Positions 10,060-20,737 of a stretch of DNA of 64,000 bases are shown here, piece by piece. The translations under genes were made by a program, and so were the position numbers. Numbering within the stretch: the stretch's first letter is position 1; the number at the start of each line of letters is the position of its first letter. The DNA is from Edaphosphingomonas fennica (GTDB lineage: Bacteria > Pseudomonadota > Alphaproteobacteria > Sphingomonadales > Sphingomonadaceae): NCBI GenBank assembly GCA_036946415.1, contig JAQIJD010000003.1, forward strand, positions 107,772 to 171,771, read 5' to 3'. A model generated the notes under the pieces. It made no database searches and had not been told where the DNA came from. It saw nothing but the letters and a program-made list of their open reading frames with translations.

Positions 10060-10983
10060 ATGGCGGAGATCACCGCTGCGGCCGTGAAGGACCTGCGCGA
10101 GCGCTCGGGCGCCGGCATGATGGATTGCAAGAAGGCGCTGACCGAGACGGGCGGCGACATGGAGGCCGCGGTCGACTGGCTGCGCGCCAAGGGCCTCGCC
10201 ACCGCCGCCAAGAAGTCGGGCCGGGTCGCCGCCGAGGGTCTCGTCGGCGTCGCCGTCGCGGGCCTCAAGGGTGCTGCGGTCGAGGTCAATTCCGAGACCG
10301 ACTTCGTCTCCAAGAACGAGCAGTTCCAGGATTTCGTCCGCACCGTCACCGGCCTCGCGCTGGACGGCGACGGCACGGTCGAGAGCCTGGCGGGCGCGAC
10401 CTATCCGGGCGGCGGCACCGTCACCGAGAAGCTCACCGCCAACATCGCGACGATCGGCGAGAACCAGACGCTGCGCCGCGTGAAGACGGTGTCGGTGACG
10501 GACGGCGTCGTCGTCCCCTACGTCCACAATGCGGCGGCCCCCGGCCTCGGCAAGATCGGCGTGCTCGTGGCGCTCGAGGGCGATGCCCCCAAGGCCGAGA
10601 TGGAGACGCTGGGCAAGCAGCTGGCGATGCACATCGCCGCCGCCAGCCCGATGGCGCTGCACGAGGAAGGCCTCGACGAGGCGCTGGTCGAGCGCGAGCG
10701 CGCGATCGCTTCGGAGAAGGCGGCCGAGAGCGGCAAGCCCGCCAACATCATCGAGAAGATGATCGAGGGCGCGGTCGCCAAGTTCCGCAAGGAAGCGGCC
10801 CTCCTCAGCCAGATCTTCGTCATCGACAACAAGACCAAGATCGCCGACGTGGTGGCTGCCGCCGCCAAGCAGGCGGGGGGCACGATCGTGCTGAAGGACT
10901 ATGTTCGCTTCCAGCTCGGTGAAGGCATCGAGAAGGAAAAGAGCGACTTCGCCGCCGAAGTCGCCGCCGCCGCCGGCAACTGA
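10060..10983 (+). CDS. tsf: Elongation factor Ts
   Basis: [38 protein letters not shown]. Confidence 0.98.
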   Translation: MAEITAAAVKDLRERSGAGMMDCKKALTETGGDMEAAVDWLRAKGLATAAKKSGRVAAEGLVGVAVAGLKGAAVEVNSETDFVSKNEQFQDFVRTVTGLALDGDGTVESLAGATYPGGGTVTEKLTANIATIGENQTLRRVKTVSVTDGVVVPYVHNAAAPGLGKIGVLVALEGDAPKAEMETLGKQLAMHIAAASPMALHEEGLDEALVERERAIASEKAAESGKPANIIEKMIEGAVAKFRKEAALLSQIFVIDNKTKIADVVAAAAKQAGGTIVLKDYVRFQLGEGIEKEKSDFAAEVAAAAGN

Positions 10984-10999
10984 TCGGCCGACGATCGCG

Positions 11000-11034
11000 A
11001 AAGGCCGCGCCCTGCCAAGGGGCGCGGCCTTTTT
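11000..11034 (+). terminator. Rho-independent terminator of rpsB-tsf
   Basis: AAAGGCCGCGCCC...GGGCGCGGCCTTTTT. Confidence 0.85.
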
Positions 11035-11047
11035 GTTGTCCGCAGCT

Positions 11048-11170
11048 TCCTCCCCCGTGGGGGAGGATACGAAGACTTGGCGGCCCCGCCGCCTAGTTGG
11101 AGTTGGTGAGGGCCTCCGTTCCATCGGCGTAGCGCCCCCTCACCCAACCCTCTCCCCAGCGGGGAGAGGG
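11048..11170. repeat. REP/REPIN-like intergenic palindromic element
   Basis: Terminal hairpins TCCTCCCCC-gt-GGGGGAGGA and CCCTCTCCCC-agc-GGGGAGAGGG, plus an inner GTTGGTGAGGG/CCCTCACCCAAC pairing. Confidence 0.65.
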
Positions 11171-11257
11171 CTTCCGGCCGCTAAAGGGCTTCCCTGCGCC
11201 CGGCAGGCGGCCTAAGGATCGCCGATCCCCGCTATCTCACAGGAACCGCGCCGCTCC

Positions 11258-11999
11258 ATGCCCACGCCCCGCTTCAAGAGGATCCTGCTGAAGCTGTCCG
11301 GCGAGGTGCTGATGGGGGAGGGGGGTCTCGCGATCGACCCCCGCCGTCACCGCGCGCGTCGCGGAGGAGATCGGCCACGCCAAGGCGATGGGGTTCGAAC
11401 TGTGCATCGTCGTCGGCGGCGGCAACATCTTCCGCGGGCTGGCGGGCGCTGCCAAGGGCTTCGATCGCGCCAACGCCGATTATATGGGGATGCTGGCGAC
11501 GGTCATGAACGCGCTCGCCGTCCAGAATGCGCTGGAAAAGGCCGGCATCGATACGCGCGTCCAGTCCGCCATTCCGATGCCCGCGATCTGCGAACCGTTC
11601 ATCCGCCGGCGCGCCGAACGGCATCTCGAAAAGGGCCGGGTGGTGATCTTCGCCGCCGGCGTCGGCAGCCCCTATTTCACAACCGACAGCGGCGCCGCGT
11701 TGCGCGCGGCCGAGCTGAAATGCGATGCGCTGTTCAAGGGCACGTCGGTCGACGGCGTCTACGATGCGGACCCCAAGAAGGTATCCGGCGCCAAGCGCTA
11801 CGAGACGATCGATTACGACACGGTCCTCTCCGACAATCTGAAGATCATGGATGCCAGCGCCGTGGCGCTCTGCCGCGACAACGACATCCCGATCGTCGTC
11901 TTCAACATCAGGGAGCGCGGCAACCTCGCGCGCGTGCTCGCCGGGGAGGCGACCGCGACGGTGGTGCAGGCCCGCGCCCGCAATACGGAAGGAGCCTGA
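11258..11999 (+). CDS. pyrH: UMP kinase (one extra C in the run at about 11338-11342, probable sequencing error)
   Basis: [12 protein letters not shown] in the first frame; [41 protein letters not shown] in the second. Confidence 0.93.
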
Positions 12000-12003
12000 A
12001 CCC

Positions 12004-12561
12004 ATGGCCGCTTACGACAAGGCCGATCTCGAACGCCGCATGGCCGGCGCGGTCGAGGCGCTGAAGCACGATCTGCAGGGCCTGCGCACCGGCCGCGCGT
12101 CCGTCACGCTGCTCGATCCGGTGTCGGTCACGGTCTATGGCGCGCAGATGCCGATCGTCCAGGTCGCCACCGTCTCCGCGCCCGAGCCGCGGCTGCTCGC
12201 GGTGCAGGTGTGGGACAAGGCCAATGTCGGCCCGGTCGACAAGGCGATCCGCTCGGCCGGCCTCGGCCTCAACCCGATCGTCGACGGCCAGACGCTGCGC
12301 CTGCCGATCCCGGACCTGACCGAGGAGCGCCGCAAGGAGCTTGCCAAGCTCGCCGGCCAATATTCGGAGAAGGCCAAGGTTGCGGTCCGCAACGTCCGCC
12401 GCGACGGGATGGATGCGCTCAAGACCGACGAGAAGAAGGGCGCGATCAGCGAGGACGAGCGCAAGCGCCACGAGACCGAGGTCCAGAAGCTGACCGACGC
12501 GACCGTCGCCGATCTGGATGCCGCCGCGGCGGCTAAGGAAAAGGAAATCCTGGGCAAGTGA
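12004..12561 (+). CDS. frr: Ribosome recycling factor
   Basis: [30 protein letters not shown]. Confidence 0.97.
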   Translation: MAAYDKADLERRMAGAVEALKHDLQGLRTGRASVTLLDPVSVTVYGAQMPIVQVATVSAPEPRLLAVQVWDKANVGPVDKAIRSAGLGLNPIVDGQTLRLPIPDLTEERRKELAKLAGQYSEKAKVAVRNVRRDGMDALKTDEKKGAISEDERKRHETEVQKLTDATVADLDAAAAAKEKEILGK

Positions 12562-13308
12562 TCCCGGCGGCCGCCAGCCCGGCACCCGTTGCGCTGCCGG
12601 CCGGCGGCGGGGCGGTGCCGCGCCATGTGGCGATCATCATGGACGGCAACGGCCGCTGGCCAAGGCCCGCCACCTGCCGCGCATCGCCGGCCACCGCCGC
12701 GGGGCCGAGGCGCTGCGCCAGGTGCTTGCGCGCCGCCGCCGAGACGGGGCATCGGCGTCCTCACCGTCTATGCCTTCTCGTCCGAGAACTGGCGCCGGCC
12801 CGAGGACGAGATCAGCGATCTGATGGGCCTGCTCCGCCTCTATCTCTCGCGCGAGCTGGAGGAGGTGGCGTCGAACGGCATCCGCCTGCGCGTGATCGGG
12901 GACTGGCGGCGGCTGGCGCCCGACATCGTCGCGATGATCGACGGGGCGATCGCGCGCACCGCCGGCAACGGCGGCCTCGAATTCGTCCTCGCCCTCAATT
13001 ACGGCGCGCAGGACGAGATCGCCCGCGCCGCCCGCGCGCTCGCCGCCGATGCCGCGGCGGGGCGGATCGACCCGCAGGCGATCGACGCTGCCGCGATCGA
13101 GGCGCGGCTCGATACCGCCGGCCTGCCGCCGCCCGATCTCGTCATCCGCACCTCGGGCGAACAGCGCCTCTCCAACTTCCTGCTGTGGCAGGCGGCCTAT
13201 GCCGAGCTGGTCTTCACCGACCGGTTGTGGCCCGATTTCGACGGCGCGGCGCTGGCCGAGGCGGTCGCCCGCTATGCCGCGCGCGAACGCCGCTACGGCG
13301 GCCTCTGA
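12558..13308 (+). CDS. uppS: Undecaprenyl diphosphate synthase (three apparent indels near 12660, 12727 and 12747)
   Basis: [30 protein letters not shown] and [19 protein letters not shown] distributed across frames. Confidence 0.9.
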
Positions 13309-13309
13309 C

Positions 13310-14095
13310 ATGACCGGCGCGACGGCGGCGGCACGCGGACGCGACCTGCGCGTGCGGGCAGTATCGGGCGGGGTGATGATCGCTGTCGCACTGGCGGCGC
13401 TGGCGCTGGGCGGTGTCGCCTTCTGGCTGCTGGCGGCGACGGCGGGGCTGCTGATGGTCGCCGAATGGGGGGGGCTCGCCCACGCGCCGCTCAAGCGCAT
13501 CAGCCTGTCGCTGCTGTTCTTCGCAGCGGCGATGCTGATCGCCTCGCCCTTCCTCGCCGGGCCGAACCGCGATGCGGTGGCGATGCTGCTGACGGCGGCG
13601 CTGGCCGTCGCCCTGTCGGCAGGGGGCCGGCAGGCGGCGGGGCTGCTCTACGCCGGTCTGCCGGTGATCGGCCTCATCTTCCTGCGCGACCGGCCGGACG
13701 GGATCGCCATCACGCTCTGGACGCTGGCGATCGTCTGGGCGACCGACATCGGCGCCTATTTCTGCGGCCGCCGCTTCGGCGGCCCGCGCCTCGCGCCCGG
13801 CATCAGCCCGGCCAAGACCTGGTCGGGGCTGATCGGCGGCGTCGCGAGTGCGGCCGTGCTGGGGGCGGTGGTGGCCGCCGCCACCGGCCTGCCGCCGATG
13901 CTGCTCTGGCTGGCGGCGCCGCTGGCGGTGTTGGCGCAGATGGGCGATCTGTTCGAGAGTTTTCTCAAGCGCCGGGCGAGCGTGAAGGATTCGGGCCGGC
14001 TGCTGCCCGGCCACGGCGGCGCGCTCGATCGGCTGGATGGGGTGGTGCCGGTGGCGATGCTCGTCTCGCTGCTGGCGGCGGCGGAATTGCTGTAG
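13310..14095 (+). CDS. cdsA: Phosphatidate cytidylyltransferase
   Basis: WATDIGAYF, ISPAKTWSG, GDLFESFLKR..VKDSGRLLPGHGGALDRLD. Confidence 0.95.
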   Translation: MTGATAAARGRDLRVRAVSGGVMIAVALAALALGGVAFWLLAATAGLLMVAEWGGLAHAPLKRISLSLLFFAAAMLIASPFLAGPNRDAVAMLLTAALAVALSAGGRQAAGLLYAGLPVIGLIFLRDRPDGIAITLWTLAIVWATDIGAYFCGRRFGGPRLAPGISPAKTWSGLIGGVASAAVLGAVVAAATGLPPMLLWLAAPLAVLAQMGDLFESFLKRRASVKDSGRLLPGHGGALDRLDGVVPVAMLVSLLAAAELL

Positions 14096-14098
14096 GCG

Positions 14099-15253
14099 AT
14101 GCGGACCGTCTCCATCCTCGGCGCCACCGGATCTATCGGCACCTCGACGCTCGATCTGATCGAGCGCGCGCCCGATCGCTTCCGCGTCGTCGCCCTCACC
14201 GCGCATCGTGATGTCGCAGGCCTCGCCGCCGCGGCGCGCCGCACCCGCGCCGCCTTCGCCGCGGTCGCCGATCCAGCCCTGCTCGGCGAGTTGCGTGCGG
14301 CGCTCGCCGGCACCGATACCGAGGTCGCCGCCGGACCGGAGGCGATCGTCGCCGCCGCCGCGCGCGACGCGGACTGGACGATGGCGGCGATCGTCGGCAC
14401 CGCCGGCCTGCCGCCCGTGCTGGCGGCGCTGGAGCGGGGGCGGACCGTCGCGCTCGCCAACAAGGAATCGCTGGTCTCGGCGGGCGCGCTGATGACGGCG
14501 GCGGCGGCGCGCGCCGGGGCCACGCTGCTGCCGGTCGATTCGGAACATAACGCCGTCTTCCAATGCTATCCGCACGACGATCCGGCGCGCGTCCGCCGCA
14601 TCATCCTGACGGCGAGCGGCGGGCCGTTCCGGGGACGGACGCGCGCCGAGATGGCCGCCGTCACCCCGGCGGAGGCGGTGCGCCACCCCAATTGGTCGAT
14701 GGGCGCCAAGATCTCGGTCGACAGCGCAACGCTGATGAACAAGGGGCTGGAGCTGATCGAGGCGCACCACCTGTTCCCGATCGGTGCGGACAGGCTGGAC
14801 GTGCTGGTCCACCCCCAGTCCGTGATCCATTCGATGGTTGAATATCTCGACGGATCGGTGCTGGCCCAGCTTGGCACGCCCGACATGCGCACCCCGATCG
14901 CGCACACGCTCGCCTGGCCGGAACGGATGGGCACGCCGTGCCCGCCCCTCGATCTGGCGCGCGTCGGCCGGCTCGATTTCGAGGCGCCCGATCGTGCCGC
15001 CTTTCCCGCGCTCGACCTCGCCTTCGCAGCCCTTGCGGCAGGCGGCGCGCGGCCGGCGGTGCTCAATGCCGCCAACGAGGTGGCGGTGGCCGCCTTCCTC
15101 GGCCGGCGCATCGGCTTCCTCGCCATCGCCGATACGGTGGCGGAGGTGATGGCCAGCTACGATCCGCCCGCGCCCGAAGCGCTGGACGACGTTTTCGCGA
15201 TCGACGCCGCGGCGCGCGCCGCGGCCGAACAGGCGCTCAGGAGGGCGGCATGA
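14099..15253 (+). CDS. dxr: 1-deoxy-D-xylulose-5-phosphate reductoisomerase
   Basis: ILGATGSIG, ALANKE, PVDSEH, HPNWSMGAKISVDSAT. Confidence 0.97.
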   Translation: MRTVSILGATGSIGTSTLDLIERAPDRFRVVALTAHRDVAGLAAAARRTRAAFAAVADPALLGELRAALAGTDTEVAAGPEAIVAAAARDADWTMAAIVGTAGLPPVLAALERGRTVALANKESLVSAGALMTAAAARAGATLLPVDSEHNAVFQCYPHDDPARVRRIILTASGGPFRGRTRAEMAAVTPAEAVRHPNWSMGAKISVDSATLMNKGLELIEAHHLFPIGADRLDVLVHPQSVIHSMVEYLDGSVLAQLGTPDMRTPIAHTLAWPERMGTPCPPLDLARVGRLDFEAPDRAAFPALDLAFAALAAGGARPAVLNAANEVAVAAFLGRRIGFLAIADTVAEVMASYDPPAPEALDDVFAIDAAARAAAEQALRRAA

Positions 15254-16383
15254 GCGAGGGACCGGGTATCCTGCTGACGGTGGCGAGCTTCCTGCTCGTC
15301 ATCGGCCCGCTCGTCTTCCTGCACGAGCTTGGCCATTATCTGGCGGGCCGCGCCTTCGGCATCCATGCCGAGGCCTTCTCGATCGGCTTCGGCCGCGAGA
15401 TCGCGGGCTGGACGGACAGGGCCGGCACGCGCTGGAAGGTCGCGCTGCTGCCGCTGGGCGGCTACGTGAAGTTCGCCGGCGACATGAACGCCGCCGGCCG
15501 CAGCGATCCGGCCTGGCAGGCGCTGCCCGCCGCCGAACGGGCGCGCACCTTCCAGGCCAAGCCGCTGTGGCAGCGGGCAATCGTCGTCGCGGCGGGGCCG
15601 TTCGCCAATTTCGTCGTGGCGATCCTGATCGTCGCCGGCTTCCTCGCGACCTACGGCGAGATGAAGACCCCGCCGGTGGTGGCCGGGCTGGTCGAGGGAT
15701 CGTCCGCCGCCGCCGCGGGCCTCCGCCCCGGCGACCGCATCACCGCGCTGGGCGGGCGCGGGGTCGAGACGTTCGGCGATCTGGTCGAGCTCGTCCGCAT
15801 CCATCCGGGCGAACCGCTCGACCTCGCGTTCGAGCGGGGTGGCCAGCCGCTCACCACCGTCATCACGCCGGCGGCGATCCAGGAGCGCGACCGGTTCGGC
15901 AACCATTTCCGCATCGGCGCGATCGGCGTCCGTTCCGGCCCGCAGACCTTCGCCACGGTCGGCCCGCTGGAGGTGCTGCCGCGCGCCGTGATCCATACCG
16001 CCAGCATGCTGCGGACGATGGTCGACACGCTCGGCCAGATCGTCACCGGCCGGCGTTCGCTGGACGAACTGGGCGGGCCGCTCAAGATCGCGCAAGTTTC
16101 CGGCCAGCAGGCGACGCTGGGGGCGGCGAACCTGCTGTTCCTGGTGGCGATGGTTTCGATCAATCTCGGGTTCATCAATCTCCTGCCAATTCCCATGCTC
16201 GATGGCGGACACCTGCTCTTCTACGCGATCGAGGCGGTGCGGCGGCGGCCGGTGCCCGTCGCCGCGCAGGAATGGGCGTTCCGTTCGGGCGTGGCGCTGC
16301 TGTTCGGCTTCATGCTGTTCGTGACGCTCAACGATCTGGCGTCGTTCGGCCTCTGGCAGCGGCTTGCCGGGTTGATCGGCTGA
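15250..16383 (+). CDS. rseP: RIP zinc metalloprotease RseP
   Basis: HELGH, PLGGYVKF, PDZ domain, NLLPIPMLDGGH. Confidence 0.95.
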   Translation: MSEGPGILLTVASFLLVIGPLVFLHELGHYLAGRAFGIHAEAFSIGFGREIAGWTDRAGTRWKVALLPLGGYVKFAGDMNAAGRSDPAWQALPAAERARTFQAKPLWQRAIVVAAGPFANFVVAILIVAGFLATYGEMKTPPVVAGLVEGSSAAAAGLRPGDRITALGGRGVETFGDLVELVRIHPGEPLDLAFERGGQPLTTVITPAAIQERDRFGNHFRIGAIGVRSGPQTFATVGPLEVLPRAVIHTASMLRTMVDTLGQIVTGRRSLDELGGPLKIAQVSGQQATLGAANLLFLVAMVSINLGFINLLPIPMLDGGHLLFYAIEAVRRRPVPVAAQEWAFRSGVALLFGFMLFVTLNDLASFGLWQRLAGLIG

Positions 16384-16485
16384 CGCGGATCGGGCAGGGC
16401 GGCGCGGGGCCGTGCGATCGCCGTTCCGGCAAGGCGTCGCACGAAGGATACGGGCCGAGTTTCTTTCGAGCGAGGGCGGGGTTTC

Positions 16486-19170
16486 GTGACGCGCAGCATT
16501 AACGGAGCCGGCTTTCCGGCGCACCGGCGTATCGGCGCCGCCTCCGCCCTGATGATCGGCACCGCCCTCGGCGGCATCCCGATCGAGGCGCAGGCGCAGC
16601 GCGCCGCCGCCCGGCAGACGCCGGCGCCGCAGCTTACCGCCGTGCCCCCCGCCGACGCGCCCGCCACCCCCGCGGGCGCGCTGCCGGGATCGGGCACGAT
16701 CCGCTCGCTCACCGTCTCCGGCGCGCAGCGGCTGGAGCCGGACACCGTCCGCTCCTACATCAAGCTGCGCGCGGGCGAGCCCTATACGCGCGAAAGCCTC
16801 GATCAGGCGCTGAAGGATCTCTACGCCACCGAACTCTTCGCCGACGTGCAGATCCGCGGCGCGGATACGGGCGAACTGGTGGTGCAGGTGCGCGAGAACC
16901 CGGTCATCAACCGGATCGTGCTGGAGGGCAACAAGCGGATCAAGGAAGACAAGATCCGCCCCGAGATCAAGATGCAGCCGCGCCAGATCTTCACCCGCAG
17001 CAAGGCGCGGGCGGACGTGGCGCGCATCATCCAGCTCTACCAGCGTCAGGGCCGCTACGCCGCCACGGTCGAGCCGAAGATGGTCCAGCTCGACCAGAAC
17101 CGCGTCGACATCGTCTTCGAGATTTCGGAAGGCGCCAAGAGCCGCGTCCGCCGCATCAACATCATCGGCAACGAGCAATTCTCGGACGGCCGGCTGCGCG
17201 GCGAGATGGCGACCAAGCAGGCCGGCATCACCAAGATCTTCTCGTCGGGCACCAGCTACGATCCCGATCGCCTGTCCTACGATCAGCAGAAGCTGCGCCA
17301 ATTCTACCTGACGCAGGGTTATGCCGATTTCCGCGTCGTCTCCGCCATCGCCGAGCTGACGCCCGACAAGCGCGACTTCATCATCACCTACGTCGTCGAG
17401 GAAGGGCCGCGCTACAAGTTCGGCACGATCGACGTCGACAGCGACATCCGCGACCTGAAGCCAGAGGCGATCCGCTACCTGATCCGGATGAAGCCGGGCG
17501 ACTGGTACAACGCCAAGGCCGTCGAGGACACGGTCGACAGCATCAACGAGACGGCGGGCCTCCTCGGCTACGCCTTCGCCGACGTCCGCCCGAACTTCGA
17601 TCGGGACAAGGACAAGCTGACGATGTCGATCACCTACAAGGTGGCCGAAACGCCGCGCGTCTATGTCGAGCGGGTCGACATCAACGGCAATACGATCACG
17701 CGCGACAAGGTGGTGCGCCGCGAGATGCGCCTGTCGGAAGGCGATGCGTTCAACGGATTCCGCGTCAAGCGCTCGCGCGATCGCATCCAGAGCCTCGGCT
17801 ATTTCCAGGACAAATTGGAGATCGAGCAGAAGCAGGGTTCCAGCCCCGACAAGGTGATCCTGGAAACGAACGTCGAGGAGCGGTCGACCGGCGAATTGCA
17901 GGTGTCGGCGGGCTTCTCCAGCCTCGAACGGTTCATCGTCAACCTGTCGATCACCCAGCGCAACTTCATGGGCAAGGGGCAGGAGCTGCGCGCCTCGGCC
18001 GATTATTCGACCTATTCGAAGTCCGTCAGCGTCGGCTTCACCGAGCCTTATCTGTTCGATCGCAACATCGCCGTGGGCGGGGACATTTTCCGCCGCGATT
18101 TCAACTCGTTCAACTTCACCAACCAGGGCCGCAACACCACCTACGAGCAGACGACGACCGGCTTCCAGCTGCGCGCCGGCGTGCCGCTGACCGAGTTCGT
18201 CAGCCTCGCCCTCCGCTACGGCCTCAGCTACGACGAGGTGTCGCTCGACCGGAACAGCTTCTTTATCGACGGGCAATGCTCGCCGATCCTCGCCGGCCGC
18301 TATCTCTGCGAGCAGATCGGCAATCGGCTGACCTCCTCGGTCGGCTATTCGCTGTCGTTCGACAATCTCAACAACCGCATCCGGCCGACCGCGGGCCACC
18401 GCCTGCTGTTCAGCCAGGACGTGGCGGGCCTCGGCGGCGACGTGCGCTACATCCGCACCACCGCCAACGCCCGCAAATATTGGGGCCTCGGCTCGGGCTT
18501 CGTCTTCTCGGCGGGCGCGGAGGGCGGCTATATCCGCGGGCTCGGCCAGCAGGTGCGGCTGATCGACCGCTTCCAGCTCGGCCAGCCGCAGATCCGCGGC
18601 TTCGACATCCGCGGCGTCGGCCCGCGCGTCATCCGCCGCAGCTACGACACGACGACCATCCCGGCGACGGTGGTGACGGGCGACAATACCTTCACCGACG
18701 ACGCGCTGGGCGGCAACGCTTACTATCTGGGCAAGCTGGAGCTGGAACTGCCGCTGGGCAACGGCGCGCGCGAGCTGGGCCTGCGCCCGTCGATCTTCCT
18801 CGACGCGGGTGCCGTGTTCAACGTCCGCCGCCCGGTCCTGACGGACAGCTGCGCCGCCGCCAACGGCGCCGGGGTGCAATGCCCGGGCGAGGTGATCCAG
18901 AACCGCGACATCAACGGCAATCTGCTCTACATCCAGGCGGACGGCACGACGGTCGGCACCACCGTCACCGCCAACCCGAGCCTGTCCTCCCTCGGCGCCT
19001 TCCGCGAGGAATTCTTCGGCGATACGCCCAAGCCGCGCCTTTCGGTCGGCTTCGGCGTCAACTGGAATTCGCCGTTCGGCCCGCTGCGCATCGATATCGC
19101 CAAGGCGCTCCTGAAGCAGCCCGGCGACGACACCCGACTCTTCACCTTCAACGTAGGGACGCAATTCTGA
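16486..19170 (+). CDS. bamA: Outer membrane protein assembly factor BamA (start uncertain)
   Basis: POTRA repeats, IRGF motif, [12 protein letters not shown]-terminal GTQF. Confidence 0.96.
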   Translation: MTRSINGAGFPAHRRIGAASALMIGTALGGIPIEAQAQRAAARQTPAPQLTAVPPADAPATPAGALPGSGTIRSLTVSGAQRLEPDTVRSYIKLRAGEPYTRESLDQALKDLYATELFADVQIRGADTGELVVQVRENPVINRIVLEGNKRIKEDKIRPEIKMQPRQIFTRSKARADVARIIQLYQRQGRYAATVEPKMVQLDQNRVDIVFEISEGAKSRVRRINIIGNEQFSDGRLRGEMATKQAGITKIFSSGTSYDPDRLSYDQQKLRQFYLTQGYADFRVVSAIAELTPDKRDFIITYVVEEGPRYKFGTIDVDSDIRDLKPEAIRYLIRMKPGDWYNAKAVEDTVDSINETAGLLGYAFADVRPNFDRDKDKLTMSITYKVAETPRVYVERVDINGNTITRDKVVRREMRLSEGDAFNGFRVKRSRDRIQSLGYFQDKLEIEQKQGSSPDKVILETNVEERSTGELQVSAGFSSLERFIVNLSITQRNFMGKGQELRASADYSTYSKSVSVGFTEPYLFDRNIAVGGDIFRRDFNSFNFTNQGRNTTYEQTTTGFQLRAGVPLTEFVSLALRYGLSYDEVSLDRNSFFIDGQCSPILAGRYLCEQIGNRLTSSVGYSLSFDNLNNRIRPTAGHRLLFSQDVAGLGGDVRYIRTTANARKYWGLGSGFVFSAGAEGGYIRGLGQQVRLIDRFQLGQPQIRGFDIRGVGPRVIRRSYDTTTIPATVVTGDNTFTDDALGGNAYYLGKLELELPLGNGARELGLRPSIFLDAGAVFNVRRPVLTDSCAAANGAGVQCPGEVIQNRDINGNLLYIQADGTTVGTTVTANPSLSSLGAFREEFFGDTPKPRLSVGFGVNWNSPFGPLRIDIAKALLKQPGDDTRLFTFNVGTQF

Positions 19171-19835
19171 TGAGGACCATCACCAAGGCCGTTCTGGCCG
19201 CTACTGCCTTCGCCGCGATCCCCGCCGCCGCCTCGGCGCAGAGCGTCGCCACCGCCGATCTGGAGACGGCGGTCGCCAATTCCGCGGCGATGAAGAACGC
19301 CACGCAGCAGATCCGCACCCAGTTCGCGACGCAGATCACCGCCTTCCAGACGCGCGAGACCGCGATCCAGAACGAGCTGCGTCCGCTCGCCACCGAATTG
19401 CAGACGTTGCAGAACACCCCCAACACGCCGCCCGCCACCTTCCAGGCGAAGGCGCAGGCGTTCCAGACCCGCCGCGAGGCCGGCACGCGCGAGTTGCAGA
19501 CGCTGAGCCAGCCGTTCGCGCGGCCGACCAGCTATGCGCAGGAGCAGGTGCTCGCCAAGATCGAGCCGGCGGTACGCGCCGCCATGACCGCCAAGAACGT
19601 CAGCGTGCTGGTGAAGCCCGATGCCGTGCTCGCCTTCGGCCCGACCGGCGACATCACCGCCGACGTGACGGCGCAGCTCGACAAGCAGGTGACGAGCGTG
19701 TCGATCACCCCGCCGGCCGGCTGGCAGCCCGGCCAGCAGCAGGCCGCCGCCGCCCCGGCCGCCGCGACCCCGGCGGCGCCCGCCGCCGCCACGCCGGCCC
19801 CCGCCGCCGCCGGCCGCCGCCCCACCGGCCGGTGA
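19170..19835 (+). CDS. skp: OmpH/Skp periplasmic chaperone
   Basis: Signal peptide, coiled-coil body, DIT motif, located between bamA and fabZ. Confidence 0.8.
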   Translation: MRTITKAVLAATAFAAIPAAASAQSVATADLETAVANSAAMKNATQQIRTQFATQITAFQTRETAIQNELRPLATELQTLQNTPNTPPATFQAKAQAFQTRREAGTRELQTLSQPFARPTSYAQEQVLAKIEPAVRAAMTAKNVSVLVKPDAVLAFGPTGDITADVTAQLDKQVTSVSITPPAGWQPGQQQAAAAPAAATPAAPAAATPAPAAAGRRPTGR

Positions 19836-20311
19836 GCGAGACGGCCGGAGAGGCTGCGACCGTCGGCCCGCTCGATATCCGGGCGGTGCTGGCGGCGCTG
19901 CCGCATCGCTATCCGATGCTGCTGGTCGACCGGGTCGAGGCGATCGTGCCCGACCGGTCGATCACCGCGATCAAGGCGGTGTCGTTCAACGAGGGCTTCT
20001 TCCAGGGCCATTTCCCCGGCCGCCCGATCATGCCGGGCGTGCTGATCGTCGAGGCGCTGGCGCAGGCCGCCGGCGTCCTCGCGGTCGAATCGCTGGGGCT
20101 GTCTGGCACGGGCAAGCTCGTCTATTTCATGGCGATCGAGGAGGCGAAGTTCAGGAAGCCGGTCGAGCCGGGCTGCCTGCTGACGCTGGAGGTGGAGTTC
20201 GTCCAGAAGCGGCCGCGCGTCTGCAAGTTTGCCGGCCGCGCACTGCTCGACGGCGAGGTCGCGGCGAGCGCCAACTTCACCGCGATGATCGCCGATCCGC
20301 CCGCCGCCTGA
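19832..20311 (+). CDS. fabZ: 3-hydroxyacyl-ACP dehydratase
   Basis: [36 protein letters not shown]. Confidence 0.97.
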   Translation: MSETAGEAATVGPLDIRAVLAALPHRYPMLLVDRVEAIVPDRSITAIKAVSFNEGFFQGHFPGRPIMPGVLIVEALAQAAGVLAVESLGLSGTGKLVYFMAIEEAKFRKPVEPGCLLTLEVEFVQKRPRVCKFAGRALLDGEVAASANFTAMIADPPAA

Positions 20312-20316
20312 CGCGC

Positions 20317-20345
20317 TTGCCCTGACGCCTCGTGTCCGCTAGGGC
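20317..20345 (+). promoter_or_regulatory. Probable sigma70 promoter of rpmE
   Basis: TTGCCC-N17-TAGGGC. Confidence 0.5.
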
Positions 20346-20393
20346 GCGCCCACCCTTGGCTGGTCGGAAACCAGCCGCTTCGAGAAAGACCAT

Positions 20394-20624
20394 ATGAAGA
20401 AGTCGATCCACCCCGATTACCACACGATCACCGTGCAGATGACCGACGGCACGACCTTCCAGACCCGCTCCACCTGGGGCGCGGAAGGCGACACGCTCCA
20501 GCTCGACATCGATCCCACCGTCCACCCGGCGTGGACCGGCGGCCGCGGCTCGCTGCTCGATGCAGGCGGCCAGGTCGCGCGCTTCAACAAGCGCTTCGGC
20601 GGTCTCTCGCTCGGCAAGAAGTAA
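20394..20624 (+). CDS. rpmE: 50S ribosomal protein L31 (Cys-free form)
   Basis: [25 protein letters not shown]. Confidence 0.96.
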   Translation: MKKSIHPDYHTITVQMTDGTTFQTRSTWGAEGDTLQLDIDPTVHPAWTGGRGSLLDAGGQVARFNKRFGGLSLGKK

Positions 20625-20629
20625 CGCTT

Positions 20630-20737
20630 CCCCCCTCCCTTTCAGGGGAGGGGGCCGGGGGTGGGGACTGTCAGCGAGGCTCAGCGCTTCGCGGAGTACG
20701 GGCCTCACCCCACCCCCTCCCCAGAAGGGGCGGGGCT
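20630..20737. repeat. REP/REPIN-like intergenic palindromic element
   Basis: CCCCCTCCC...GGGAGGGGG, GGGGTGGGG/CCCCACCCC and CCCCTCCCC-agaa-GGGGCGGGG; same architecture as 11048-11170. Confidence 0.6.

Noticed and set aside
11258-13308. pyrH and uppS as true pseudogenes or programmed frameshifts
   Set aside because: Normally essential genes with intact motifs; the breaks are single-base indels in short runs, with no slippery heptamer or stimulatory structure seen.
15157-19164. 1335-aa ORF on the minus strand, and similar very long ORFs (27591-30359, 34917-37814, 47433-50558, 62285-63994)
   Set aside because: Antisense shadows of real genes (rseP/bamA, guaB, lptD, ppk1, TBDR). They are expected at high GC and carry no motifs.
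19740-19815. Short tandem repeats (PAAAT-like)
   Set aside because: Low-complexity Pro/Ala tail of Skp; not a CRISPR array or a separate repeat element.
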